A DNA stretch of 64,000 bases, taken from Comamonas sp. SCN 67-35. Lineage in GTDB: Bacteria > Pseudomonadota > Gammaproteobacteria > Burkholderiales > Burkholderiaceae_C. A program made the translations under genes and the position numbers. This document shows, one piece after another, positions 9,685 through 20,071 of this stretch (positions are counted from its first letter, which is position 1; every line of letters starts with the position of its first letter). Under the pieces are notes generated by a model. It made no database searches. It saw only the letters and a list, made by a program, of their open reading frames with translations, and was not told the DNA's origin. The stretch covers positions 5,171 to 69,170 of the forward strand of contig NZ_MEFV01000010.1 of the NCBI RefSeq assembly GCF_001725255.1, written 5' to 3'.

Positions 9685-10590
9685 TCAGGCGGCCGGTGTG
9701 GGGTCGGTGTGTTCGTGGTGGTGGGCATTGACGCTGGTGTGCAGGCCGCACTCGGCGTTGTTCCTCTGCTCCCACCACCAGCGGCCGGCGCGGATGTCCT
9801 CGCCGGGGCGGATCGCGCGCGTGCAGCACTCGCAGCCGATGGAGGGGTAGCCACGGTCGTGCAGCGGGTTGTAGGGAATGCCGAGCGCCCGCACCACGGC
9901 CCAGACCTCGTCGGTGCTCCAGCTCGCGAGCGGGTTGTACTTGTGCAGGCCGAAGGCCTCGTCCCACTGCGTTTCGGGCAGCTCGGCGCGCGTGCTCGAT
10001 TGCTCGCGCCGCTGGCCGGTGATCCAGGCCGAGTGCCCGGCGAGCGCCCGGCGCAGTGGCTCGACCTTGCGGATGTCGCAGCAGAGCTTGCGCAGTTCCA
10101 CGCTCTCATAGAAGGCGTTCAGACCGTGGGTGGCGATGTAGTCCTTCACGGCTTCCGGCTTTGGGTGCATGAGCTGCACGTTGATGCCGTAGCGCTGCTC
10201 GATCACGCCGACCATGTCCAGCGTTTCCTGGTGCAGGCGGCCGGTGTCGAGCATGAACACGCCTGGGAACCTGCCGGACTTGGAAGTCGCCGGCTGCAAA
10301 TCGACCGCAGCGGCCCATTTTTCACCGTCTTTTTGCCCAATAGCTCGGCTATTGGGCTGCAAATTCGGCAAAAACTGATCTCGCTGGGGCCGATTTTCGC
10401 TATCGGCGCTCCAAGTCCGACAGGCTCCCGGGCGTGTGGGCAGCTGCATCAGCGCGTGGATGAGCAGCGTGTCTTCCACGCCCATGGACGAGGCGAGCAG
10501 CGCGTCCGGGTGTTCCTGCGCGATGCCGTCGAGCAGTTGCAGCAGCGCGTTCCAGCGGTCGGCCAGTGGGGTGGTCAAGGGGCTTGCCAT
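9685..10590 (-). CDS. cysH: APS/PAPS reductase (Fe-S APS-reductase type) with a 55-aa in-frame insertion
   Basis: SSMGVED, LDTGRLH, LCCDIRKVEPL, WITGQRREQS, SIGCECCTR, RAGRW, ECGLH. The insertion lies between LPTRP and GVFMLDTG. Confidence 0.9.
   Translation of the reverse strand: MASPLTTPLADRWNALLQLLDGIAQEHPDALLASSMGVEDTLLIHALMQLPTRPGACRTWSADSENRPQRDQFLPNLQPNSRAIGQKDGEKWAAAVDLQPATSKSGRFPGVFMLDTGRLHQETLDMVGVIEQRYGINVQLMHPKPEAVKDYIATHGLNAFYESVELRKLCCDIRKVEPLRRALAGHSAWITGQRREQSSTRAELPETQWDEAFGLHKYNPLASWSTDEVWAVVRALGIPYNPLHDRGYPSIGCECCTRAIRPGEDIRAGRWWWEQRNNAECGLHTSVNAHHHEHTDPTPAA
10265..10429. mobile_element. 165-bp MITE-like palindromic element inserted in frame in cysH
   Basis: 20-bp terminal inverted repeats GGGAACCTGCCGGACTTGGA / TCCAAGTCCGACAGGCTCCC (18/20 match). 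Central hairpin GCCCAATAGC-tcg-GCTATTGGGC (10335-10357). Length is a multiple of 3, and removal restores a canonical CysH spacing. Confidence 0.85.
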
Positions 10591-10601
10591 GGTGTTCCTT
10601 C

Positions 10602-12029
10602 CTAGGCGGCGAGTGCCGCCGCACGCGCCGTTTTCGGCCGTGCGTGTTCGGGCGCGAGCGTTTCGCCGAACCAGGCCAGCGTCTGGCCCAGGCGAGTGAC
10701 CTCACCGACGATGAGCAGCGCGGGCGAGGCAATGGCGTGCACCCTGGCCTGCGCGGCCACGGTGGCGAGCGTGGCGTGCAGCGTGCGCTGGCCAGGGCGC
10801 GAGCCGTTTTCCACCAACGCACAGGGCGTATCAAAGGGCAGGCCATCATGCGTGAGCTGGGCACTCAGCGCCGCGAGGCGCTCCACGCCCATGTAGTACA
10901 CGCGGGTGTGCTGGCCGGGCGCATGGGCGTGCTCGGCGGCTTCTCGTCGGTGCGCGGTGGCGAGCGTGAGCGTGTCGGCCACCGCGCGGTGCGTGAGCGG
11001 AATGCCTGCATACGCGCCGCAGGCGAGCGCCGCCGTGATGCCGGGCACCACCTCGTAGGCGACGCCATGCGCGCGCAGCGCCAGCAGTTCTTCGCCGCCA
11101 CGGCCGTACACCAGCGGGTCGCCGCCCTTGAGGCGCACCACCGTGCGGCCCTGGCTGGCGTGGTCGATCATGAGCGCTTGGATGCGCTGCTGCGTGGCTT
11201 CGTGATCTTCGCCGGGGGTCTTGCCCACGCTGATCTGCAGCGCATCGCGCCGCGCAAGCTGCAGCACCTCGGGGCTCACGAGCCGGTCGTGCAGGATCAC
11301 GTCGGCCTCGTTGAGGGCGCGCAGGCCGCGCAGCGTGAGCAGGCCGGGGTCGCCCGGGCCCGCGCCCACGAGCAGCACCTTGCCTTGCGGCGGCGCTTCG
11401 CCCGTGCGCAGGGCTTCTTCAAGCAGCGCCTCGGCGGCTTCGGGCCGGGCGGCGCGCAGGGCGTCGTGCACCGGGCCGTCGAGCAGCCAGTGGTAGAAGC
11501 GCCGGCGCGCACCCAGCTCGGGGCGTGCGCGCCGGATGGCCGCGCGCTGGCGCCGGGCCAGCGCTGTGAGCCAGCCGATGGAGGGCTCGACCAGCGAATC
11601 GATGCGCTCGCGCAGGCGCCGTGCGATCACGGGCGCCGCGCCGCCGGACGAGATGGCGATGGTGAGGGGCGCGCGATCGACGATGGCGGGCACCTGCGCG
11701 CTGGAGCGCGCGGCGTCGTCCACCACGTTGCACCAGAGCTGGCGTGCGCTCGCGGCCTGCGCCACGGCGGCGTTCAGCGCTTCGTCGTTGGTGGCGGCAA
11801 TCACCAGCCACATGCCCTGCAGCCATTGCGCGTCAAAGGCGCCCAGGTGCAGGCTGATGTGGCCCTGCTCGGCCTGCGCGCTCACGCTGGGGTGCGCGGC
11901 CTTGGCCAGCACGGTGACCTGCGCGCCGGCGCTCAGCAGCAACGCGATCTTGCGCGCGGCGACCAGCCCCGCGCCGACCACGAGCACGCGGCGCCCGTGC
12001 AGGTTCAGAAACAGCGGAAAGTGCTCCAT
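10602..12029 (-). CDS. cysG: Siroheme synthase (multifunctional)
   Basis: [58 protein letters not shown]. Start at ATG 12029. Confidence 0.93.
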   Translation of the reverse strand: MEHFPLFLNLHGRRVLVVGAGLVAARKIALLLSAGAQVTVLAKAAHPSVSAQAEQGHISLHLGAFDAQWLQGMWLVIAATNDEALNAAVAQAASARQLWCNVVDDAARSSAQVPAIVDRAPLTIAISSGGAAPVIARRLRERIDSLVEPSIGWLTALARRQRAAIRRARPELGARRRFYHWLLDGPVHDALRAARPEAAEALLEEALRTGEAPPQGKVLLVGAGPGDPGLLTLRGLRALNEADVILHDRLVSPEVLQLARRDALQISVGKTPGEDHEATQQRIQALMIDHASQGRTVVRLKGGDPLVYGRGGEELLALRAHGVAYEVVPGITAALACGAYAGIPLTHRAVADTLTLATAHRREAAEHAHAPGQHTRVYYMGVERLAALSAQLTHDGLPFDTPCALVENGSRPGQRTLHATLATVAAQARVHAIASPALLIVGEVTRLGQTLAWFGETLAPEHARPKTARAAALAA

Positions 12030-12042
12030 GACGCGCGGTGCC

Positions 12043-13722
12043 TCAGTATTCGATGACGGGGCGGCGCTTGGGCGGCTCCACCACCTTGGCGCGCGCGATG
12101 AAGTCGCCGAAGTGCTCGCCCGCCGTGCGTTCGCTGGCAAAGCGGCCAAAGAGCTCGTCGAGCGCGGCGAGGATGACGTCTTCGCCGACGTTTTCCTTGT
12201 AGATCGCGTTCAGGCGTTCGCCCAGGTGGTCGGCGCCCAGGCGCAGGTCGTACTTGCCGATGGCGCGGCCCACGAGCGCGATCTCGCCCATGTAGGGGCG
12301 CGAGCACTCCTCCATCAGATCGTGCTTGGCGAGCAGCTCTTCCATCTTCTGCACGATGCGCGGCAGGTAGCGTTCGGATTCGGCCATCGCCAGGCCGCAG
12401 GTGGGCAGCGCCACGCACGAGATGGCGTTCAGGCGCAGGCCGCTGGCGTTCACGTGGTCATCCAGGCCGTATTGCTTGACCAGCGCATCGATCTTCGCGC
12501 GGTCCTTGCTGGCCACCTTGGCGATGATGACGTTCTGGTCGCAGGTCATGCGGAATTCGCCCTGGTGGATGCGGGCGATCGCGCGCAGGCCGCTCTGGCG
12601 CGGGTGGCCATCGACGTCGAGCACACGGCCGCTGGGGATGCGCAGCGTGAGGTTCCACTGCCCGCGCCCGGCTTCCACCCAGCCGAAGCGGTCGCCGTTG
12701 TGCTCGAAGTGGTAGGGCCGCGGCGGCTCGATGATGAAGGGCAGGCGCGATTGCAGCTCGTCGTGGTACCACTGCAGGCCGCGGTCGTCTATGGTGTATT
12801 TGAGGCGCGCGTGCTTGCGCTCGCCCCGGTCGCCGAAGTCGCGCTGCACGGCGATGGCGTGCCAGCAGGTTTCCAGCAGATGCTCCTTGGGCACATAGCC
12901 GATCAGGTCGGCCAGCGCCGGGTAGGTCTTGGGGTCGCCCGCCGTCGCGCCCATGCTGCCGCCGGGGGCGAGGTTGAAGCCCTGCAGCTCGTTCTTCTTG
13001 TCGAAGATCGCGATCAGGCCGAAGTCCTGGGCGAACACGTCGATGTCGTTGTAGGGCGGGATGGCGATGCCGAACTTGAACTTGCGCGGCAGGTAGCTCT
13101 TGCCCAGCAGCGGCTCTTCGTCGTGTGCGCCGTCGCTGGTGCGTTCCTTTTTATCGATCCACAACTCCTGGTAGGCGGTGGTGTGGGGCTTGACGTGATG
13201 CATCAGCTTGAGCGCCCACTCATACGCCTGGGTCTGCTGCGCAGGCACGAGCGGGTTGACCGAGCAGATCACGTTGCGCACGTCGTCGCCGCAGGCGGCG
13301 AGCGTGGAAAGACCCGTCGCGTTGATGCTGCCGATCACGTCGCGCAGCTTTTCCTTCTTGATTTCATGGAACTGGAAGGTCTGGCGCGTGGTGATGCGCA
13401 GCCCCCCCTTGGTGTGCTGTGTGAGCGCGTCCAGGTCCAGCCACTGCTGGGGCGTGAGCACGCCGCCGGGCAGGCGCACGCGCACCATGAAGCCGAAGTC
13501 GGGCTCCAGCTTCTGGCGGCGGCGCTCGTCGCGCACGTCGCGGTTGTCCTGCATGTAGCTGCCGTGGAACTTGAGCAGCTTGGTGTCGGGCTCGCTGATC
13601 GAGCCGGTGGTGCGATCAAGCAGGCCGAGGTCTATGGTGCCGCGCAGAAAGCGGCTCTGCTCCTTGATGTGTTCCAGGGCAGAGAGCTTCTTGTTCTTGG
13701 TGATGGTCAGGGTATCGGTCAT
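12043..13722 (-). CDS. cysI: NADPH-sulfite reductase hemoprotein subunit, with an apparent 12-aa in-frame deletion of the third Cys ligand (possibly inactive)
   Basis: [53 protein letters not shown] are present. The expected ...GCPNGCSRP reads only MEECSRP. Confidence 0.88.
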   Translation of the reverse strand: MTDTLTITKNKKLSALEHIKEQSRFLRGTIDLGLLDRTTGSISEPDTKLLKFHGSYMQDNRDVRDERRRQKLEPDFGFMVRVRLPGGVLTPQQWLDLDALTQHTKGGLRITTRQTFQFHEIKKEKLRDVIGSINATGLSTLAACGDDVRNVICSVNPLVPAQQTQAYEWALKLMHHVKPHTTAYQELWIDKKERTSDGAHDEEPLLGKSYLPRKFKFGIAIPPYNDIDVFAQDFGLIAIFDKKNELQGFNLAPGGSMGATAGDPKTYPALADLIGYVPKEHLLETCWHAIAVQRDFGDRGERKHARLKYTIDDRGLQWYHDELQSRLPFIIEPPRPYHFEHNGDRFGWVEAGRGQWNLTLRIPSGRVLDVDGHPRQSGLRAIARIHQGEFRMTCDQNVIIAKVASKDRAKIDALVKQYGLDDHVNASGLRLNAISCVALPTCGLAMAESERYLPRIVQKMEELLAKHDLMEECSRPYMGEIALVGRAIGKYDLRLGADHLGERLNAIYKENVGEDVILAALDELFGRFASERTAGEHFGDFIARAKVVEPPKRRPVIEY

Positions 13723-13743
13723 GAAAAGGGGTGCGCGAGTCCT

Positions 13744-13768
13744 CGCGAAGGCGCGGCGCGCCTTCGCG
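13744..13768. other. Perfect 12-bp inverted repeat in the cysJ-cysI spacer
   Basis: CGCGAAGGCGCG-G-CGCGCCTTCGCG; no U-tract. Confidence 0.7.
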
Positions 13769-13794
13769 GAACAGGTTCAAAAAGGGCGTGTCGA

Positions 13795-15636
13795 TCAGTA
13801 CACGTCGCGGGCGTAACGACCTTCAAGCAGCAGGGTTTTCACCCACTGCGCGGCGTCTTCGGGCGTCTTGCCGCCATGCTCTGCGGCGATGTCCGCCAGC
13901 GCGCGTTGCACATCGCCCGCCATGCGTTCGGCGTCGCCGCACACATAAAAATGCGCGCCGCCCTGCAGCCACTGCCAGACTTCGGCCCCGTGCTCGCGCA
14001 GGCGCTGTTGCACGTACACCTTTTCGGCCTGATCGCGTGAGAAGGCCACGTCCAGGTGCGTGAGGGCGCCGTCTTTGGCCGCCTGCAGCCACTCGGTCTG
14101 GTAGAGGAAGTCGCTGTGGCGGTGCGGGTTGCCGAAGAACAGCCAGTTGCGCCCCGTGGCGCCGTCGGCCTGGCGCTGCTGCACGAAGGCGCGAAACGGC
14201 GCCACGCCGGTGCCCGGGCCCACCATGATCACGTCGCGCGCGCTGTCTGCGGGCAGGCGGAAGCGCTCGTTCGCTTCAATGAACACCGGCACCTGCGCGC
14301 CCTCTTCGGAACCGCTCAGGTAGCGACTGCCCGCGCCCCAGCGGGCTTCGCCTTCCTTCTCGAACTGCACCAACGCGACCGTGAGGTGCACTTCTTCATC
14401 CACCTGCGCCTGGCTGCTGGCGATCGAGTACATGCGCGGCGCGAGCGGGCGCAGGGCGGCCACCAGCGCGGCTGCGTCCCAGGCCGCGGGCCAGGCGCGC
14501 AGCAGGTCCACGAGTTGTTCACGGTTCAGCAAGGGCGACAGATCGGCGTTGCGTTCGGGCTGCAGTAGCGCCTTGAGCGCCTCGTGCCCGCCGCGTTCGG
14601 CCAGCGCGGCGACGAAGGGGCGCGTGACCAGCGTGAGTTCGCGCCGGTGCGTGAGCCATTCGGTCAGCGGCAGGGTTTCCTTGCCCTGCGTGACGGGTGT
14701 GCTGCCGTCGAGCTGCAGCAGTTCCAGCACGCGGTGCACCAGCTCGGGCGCTTGTGTAGGCCAGACGCCCAGTGCGTCGCCGGGTTGGTAGTGCAGGCCG
14801 CTGCCCGTGAGCGACAGCTCGATGTGGCGCACGTCTTTTTCGCTGCCGCTGCCGACGATGCGCTGGTTGACCAGCACCTCGGCCAGGAAGGGGCGTTCGC
14901 GCGACCAGGAGGAATGCGCGGGGCGCAGCGTGAGCACCTCGGCACCCGGTGCCGGGGCGGCGGCAGCCTGCTGCGGCGCCAGCAGGCTGCGGGCCTGCTG
15001 CAGCGCGCGGTCGGCCCAGGGCGTGACGACGTAGTCGAGGTCCACATCCGCATCGGCGCGGTCGAGCACGCGTTTCGCACCCAGTTGCGCCAGGCGTTCG
15101 TCGATGCGCCGGCCTATGCCGCAGAAATCCACGTAGCTGGAATCGCCCAGTGCCAGCACGCTGTACGAAAGCTCCGGCAGTTGGGGTGCACGCTTGCCCA
15201 TGAGGAATTCATAGAAGCCGCGCGCATCGTCCGGTGGCTCCACGTCGTCGCCTTCGCTGTGCGTGCTGATCACGAGGTAGAGGAATTTCTCTTTCTTGAG
15301 ATCGCTGGTGCGATAGGCATCGGCGCGTACGATGCGCACCGGCAAGCCTGTGGATTTCACTTCGGCGGCAAGCTTTTCGGCCACGCGCTTGGCGTTGCCG
15401 GTCTGGCTGCCATAGACGATGGTGAGCTGCTGCTGCACCGCCGCGCCGGTGGCGATGGCCACGGGTGTGGCAGCTTGTGGCGCGGCGAGGCGCCCGCGTG
15501 CGGCGGCACCCGCCATGAAGCCCGCGAGCCATTCCAGCGCCGGGCTATCGAGCCCCTGCACCAGGTCGGCGGCGGTTTGCGCTTTCTCGCGCGAGATCGG
15601 CAGGACGTCGGGCAGGACGTCGGCAATCTGTGTCAT
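13795..15636 (-). CDS. cysJ: NADPH-sulfite reductase flavoprotein subunit
   Basis: Flavodoxin YGSQTGNA, FAD-binding PRMYSIASS, GPGTGVAPFRAF, YVCGDA, ends RYARDVY. Start at ATG 15636. Confidence 0.93.
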   Translation of the reverse strand: MTQIADVLPDVLPISREKAQTAADLVQGLDSPALEWLAGFMAGAAARGRLAAPQAATPVAIATGAAVQQQLTIVYGSQTGNAKRVAEKLAAEVKSTGLPVRIVRADAYRTSDLKKEKFLYLVISTHSEGDDVEPPDDARGFYEFLMGKRAPQLPELSYSVLALGDSSYVDFCGIGRRIDERLAQLGAKRVLDRADADVDLDYVVTPWADRALQQARSLLAPQQAAAAPAPGAEVLTLRPAHSSWSRERPFLAEVLVNQRIVGSGSEKDVRHIELSLTGSGLHYQPGDALGVWPTQAPELVHRVLELLQLDGSTPVTQGKETLPLTEWLTHRRELTLVTRPFVAALAERGGHEALKALLQPERNADLSPLLNREQLVDLLRAWPAAWDAAALVAALRPLAPRMYSIASSQAQVDEEVHLTVALVQFEKEGEARWGAGSRYLSGSEEGAQVPVFIEANERFRLPADSARDVIMVGPGTGVAPFRAFVQQRQADGATGRNWLFFGNPHRHSDFLYQTEWLQAAKDGALTHLDVAFSRDQAEKVYVQQRLREHGAEVWQWLQGGAHFYVCGDAERMAGDVQRALADIAAEHGGKTPEDAAQWVKTLLLEGRYARDVY

Positions 15637-15711
15637 GACAACCCTCTCAGATTCAAGCAAACAAGGCCTGCGTGGCAGGCGTTTTCAGCACTGTATTGAT
15701 CGAACGTTTGG

Positions 15712-15737
15712 AAAGGAAGAATTGATTTTTCATAACC
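15712..15737 (-). promoter_or_regulatory. Putative CysB/LysR-type operator upstream of cysJ
   Basis: GGTTATGAAAAATCAATTCTTCCTTT; 16/26 identical to the motif upstream of sbp. Regulator identity is inference. Confidence 0.45.
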
Positions 15738-15833
15738 TAAGCAGTACAGCGCATAAAGAAAATTGCGAGCTGCCGGAGTTCTTCCCGTAAGTGCCAAAGC
15801 CGGATACACGCCTGCACTTGGCGAGGGTCCGCG

Positions 15834-16217
15834 TCATGGCACTGCGGCGCGCAAGATGGGACCGGCCAGCGGGCGGGTCTCATGCAGGGCGTGGTGGGCC
15901 AGCTCATCGGCGTCCAGGTACACCGCCCCGTCCTCCAGCCTGACCTGGAAGCGTGGCGCGCAGCCTTCGTCGGGCGCCTGGGCCTGGCCGTCGCACAGGC
16001 CGATGGTCCAGTTGTGCAGGGGGCAGGCCACGCTCTGGCCGAACACGATGCCCTGGCTCAACGGGCCGCCCTTGTGCGGGCAGCGGTCCAGCAGGGCGAA
16101 TACCTCGTGCGTGGCGGTGCGGAACACGGCCACCTCCAGGCCCTGCGCTCGCGCCACGCGGCGGGCGCCCAGCACGGGGATGTCTTCGAGCTTGCAGATG
16201 TAGGTCCACTGTGTCAT
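15834..16217 (-). CDS. nirD: Nitrite reductase [NAD(P)H] small (Rieske) subunit
   Basis: CPHKGGPLSQG...CPLHNW. Confidence 0.92.
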   Translation of the reverse strand: MTQWTYICKLEDIPVLGARRVARAQGLEVAVFRTATHEVFALLDRCPHKGGPLSQGIVFGQSVACPLHNWTIGLCDGQAQAPDEGCAPRFQVRLEDGAVYLDADELAHHALHETRPLAGPILRAAVP

Positions 16218-16227
16218 TGCTTCACCT

Positions 16228-16280
16228 TTCGTAGCTTGTTGCGCTTGTCAATCAATGGTTTGAGCCACTTTTTGCTTGAA
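16228..16280 (+). repeat. REP-like element copy 2 (antisense to nirBD)
   Basis: TTCGTAGCTTGTTGCGCTTGTCAATCAATGGTTTGAGCCACTTTTTGCTTGAA. Confidence 0.7.
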
Positions 16281-16302
16281 TAATGGAGGGCTGCGCGGGG
16301 CT

Positions 16303-18750
16303 TCAGGCCACGGCAATGGGGACGAACTGGCGCGCATCGACCCGGGCCTTCTCGCCGTCGAACCAGGGGTCAGGCTCGCCTTCAAGCGCTGCCTGCAGCC
16401 GCGCCCACAGGGCCTTGCGGTTTGCGTGGTCTTCGAGCACTTTTGCCTTCACGTAGTCCAGGCCCACGCGCGCAACGTAGTGCACCGTGCGCTCCAGGTA
16501 CCAGCCTTCCTCGCGATACAGTTGCAGGAAGGCGCCGCTGACTTCCAGCACCTCCTCGGCGGTTTTCACCTTGGTGAAGAACTGGGCCACCTCGGTCTTG
16601 GTGCCGCCGTTGCCGGCCACGTAGATTTCCCAGCCCGAGTCCACGCCGATCACGCCCACGTCCTTGATGCCGCTTTCCGCGCAGTTGCGCGGGCAGCCGC
16701 TGACGGCGAGCTTGACCTTGTGCGGCGCGACCATGCGCCACAGGGCGTGTTCCAGGTTGCGGCCCATCTGGGTGCTGTCCTGCGTGCCGAAGCGGCACCA
16801 TTCGCTGCCCACGCAGGTCTTCACGGTGCGCAGGCTTTTGCCGTAGGCATGGCCGCAGGGCATGCCGATGTCGTTCCATACGCCTTGCAGGTCTTCCTTC
16901 TTCACGCCCAGCAGGTCGATGCGCTGGCCGCCCGTGACCTTGACGGTGGGGATCCGGTACTTGTCCACCACGTCGGCAATGCGGCGCAGCTCGGCGGCAT
17001 TGGTTTCGCCGCCCCACATGCGCGGGACGACGGAATAGGTGCCGTCCTTTTGAATGTTGGCGTGGCTGCGCTCGTTGACGGCGCGGCTTTGGGGGTCGTC
17101 CAGCGCCTCCTTGGGCCAGGTGCTGAGGAGGTAGTAGTTGATGGCCGGGCGGCAGCTTGGGCAGCCGTTGGGCGTCTTCCACTCCATGAAGGCAAACACT
17201 TCTTCCTTGGACAGCAGCTTGTGTGTGCGGATGGCGTCGCGCACCGCCTGGTGGCCGTGGTCGGTACAGGCGCACACGGGTTTGGTCCTGGGTGTGGCGG
17301 AATAGTCGCCGCCCACCGTGGCCATCAGGATCTGCTCGACCAGGCCGGTGCAGGAACCGCAACTGGCGCTGGCCTTGGTGTGCTTGCGCACTTCGTCCAG
17401 CGTGAACAGGCCCTTCTCCCGGATGGCCTTGCAGATGGCGCCCTTGGTCACGCCGTTGCAGCCGCAGACCTCGGCATCGTCGGGCATGCTCGTCGCTTTG
17501 TCCTGGCCCGCGTGGCCGCCTTCGCCAATGTTGCTCTCGCCAAACACCAGTCTGTCACGCAGGTCGCTCACGCTGCGGCCTTCGCGCAGCAGCTTGAAGT
17601 ACCAACTGCCATCGACGGTGTTGCCGTACAGGCAGGCGCCCACCAGCTTGTCGTCCTTGAGTACCAGTTTCTTGTAGGTGCCGCTGCCGGGGTCGCTGAG
17701 CAAGATTTCCTCGGTGCCCGCACCTCCCATGAAGTCGCCCGCCGAGAACAGGTCGATGCCTGTCACTTTGAGCTTGGTCGAGGTCTGCGAGCCCAGGTAA
17801 CGGCCGATGCCGAACTCGGCCAGGTGGTTGGCCAGCACCTTGCCTTGTTCGAACAGCGGCGCCACCAGCCCATAGGCCGTGCCCCGATGCGCGGCGCATT
17901 CGCCCACGGCGTAGATGCGCGCATCGGTGGTGGTCTGCAGCGTGTCGTTGACGACGATGCCCCGGTTCACGTGCAGGCGCATGGATTCGGCCAGGGCGGT
18001 GTTGGGGCGTATGCCCACGGCCATCACCACCAGGTCGGCGGGCACTTCGCTGCCGTCTTTGAAACGCACGGCCTGCACTCTGCCGTCGGCGTTGCCCAAC
18101 AGCGCTTGCGTCTGTGCCGACATCAAGAACTGCATGCCGCGTTCTTGCAGCGCTTTCTGCAGCATCTGCCCGGCCACGAGGTCGAGCTGGCGCTCCATCA
18201 GCCATTCGCCGGCGTGCACCACGCTGACCTGCATGCCGCGCTTCATCAGGCCGTTGGCCGCCTCCAGCCCCAGGAGGCCGCCGCCAATGACCACGGCGTG
18301 CCGGTATTGCGCGCTGGCGGCAATCATGGCCTGGGTGTCTGCAATGTCGCGGTAGGCCAGAACACCGTCCAGGTCATTGCCCGGGATGGGCAGCATGAAG
18401 GGCTTGGAGCCGGTGGCCAGAATCAGCCGGTCGTAGGGCGCATTGATGGTCTGGCCATCAGCGCCCAAGGCGTGCACGGTGCGCCGCGCGCGGTTCACCT
18501 CGGTCACGGTGCAGCCGGCGTGCAGGGTGATGCCGTGCTCCTGGTACCAGGCCCAGTCGTTGAGCACGATGTGCTCGAGGGTTTGCTCGCCCGCCAGCAC
18601 CGGGGAGAGCAGGATGCGGTTGTAGTTGGGGTGCGGCTCGGCGCCGAAGACGGTGATGTCGTAGAGGTCGGGGGCGAGCTTGAGCAGCTCTTCAAGCGTA
18701 CGCACCCCGGCCATGCCGTTGCCCACCAGAACCAGTTGGGATCGTTTCAT
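16303..18750 (-). CDS. nirB: Assimilatory nitrite reductase [NAD(P)H] large subunit
   Basis: VGNGMAG, IGGGLLGLEAA, two BFD-like Cys clusters, CVGSEWC and SGCPRNC siroheme/4Fe-4S ligands intact. Start at ATG 18750. Confidence 0.95.
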   Translation of the reverse strand: MKRSQLVLVGNGMAGVRTLEELLKLAPDLYDITVFGAEPHPNYNRILLSPVLAGEQTLEHIVLNDWAWYQEHGITLHAGCTVTEVNRARRTVHALGADGQTINAPYDRLILATGSKPFMLPIPGNDLDGVLAYRDIADTQAMIAASAQYRHAVVIGGGLLGLEAANGLMKRGMQVSVVHAGEWLMERQLDLVAGQMLQKALQERGMQFLMSAQTQALLGNADGRVQAVRFKDGSEVPADLVVMAVGIRPNTALAESMRLHVNRGIVVNDTLQTTTDARIYAVGECAAHRGTAYGLVAPLFEQGKVLANHLAEFGIGRYLGSQTSTKLKVTGIDLFSAGDFMGGAGTEEILLSDPGSGTYKKLVLKDDKLVGACLYGNTVDGSWYFKLLREGRSVSDLRDRLVFGESNIGEGGHAGQDKATSMPDDAEVCGCNGVTKGAICKAIREKGLFTLDEVRKHTKASASCGSCTGLVEQILMATVGGDYSATPRTKPVCACTDHGHQAVRDAIRTHKLLSKEEVFAFMEWKTPNGCPSCRPAINYYLLSTWPKEALDDPQSRAVNERSHANIQKDGTYSVVPRMWGGETNAAELRRIADVVDKYRIPTVKVTGGQRIDLLGVKKEDLQGVWNDIGMPCGHAYGKSLRTVKTCVGSEWCRFGTQDSTQMGRNLEHALWRMVAPHKVKLAVSGCPRNCAESGIKDVGVIGVDSGWEIYVAGNGGTKTEVAQFFTKVKTAEEVLEVSGAFLQLYREEGWYLERTVHYVARVGLDYVKAKVLEDHANRKALWARLQAALEGEPDPWFDGEKARVDARQFVPIAVA

Positions 18751-18785
18751 GGTTGCCCTTTTGCAGTATTCCTGCGGCAGGCTCA

Positions 18786-18801
18786 TGCAATGACCATGCC
18801 A
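18786..18801 (-). promoter_or_regulatory. Sigma-54 (-24/-12) promoter for nirBD
   Basis: Minus strand TGGCAT-GGTCA-TTGCA, matching TGGCAC-N5-TTGCW, 35 bp upstream of the nirB ATG. Confidence 0.75.
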
Positions 18802-18988
18802 GGGCGGTTGTGGCCTTGAATACGGTTGAAATGACGCTGTTGCCGTGTGTGGCGGTGCGGATTTGGTGCAGGCTGCAGGCCCACGCACCAATCATGGGAG
18901 CGTGGGGGTGCGAAAAACCGTGTCTGCCGATGGGCAGGCGATGGCCGGGTGAATCATCAGGGGGATGGATGGCTGTGAGCGCTTTTCA

Positions 18989-20067
<1,079 letters not shown>

Positions 20068-20071
<4 letters not shown>

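Noticed and set aside
18864-18890. Full NtrC binding sites upstream of nirB
   Set aside because: Only half-sites (TGCACCA / CGCACCA) match, so they are not called as a feature.
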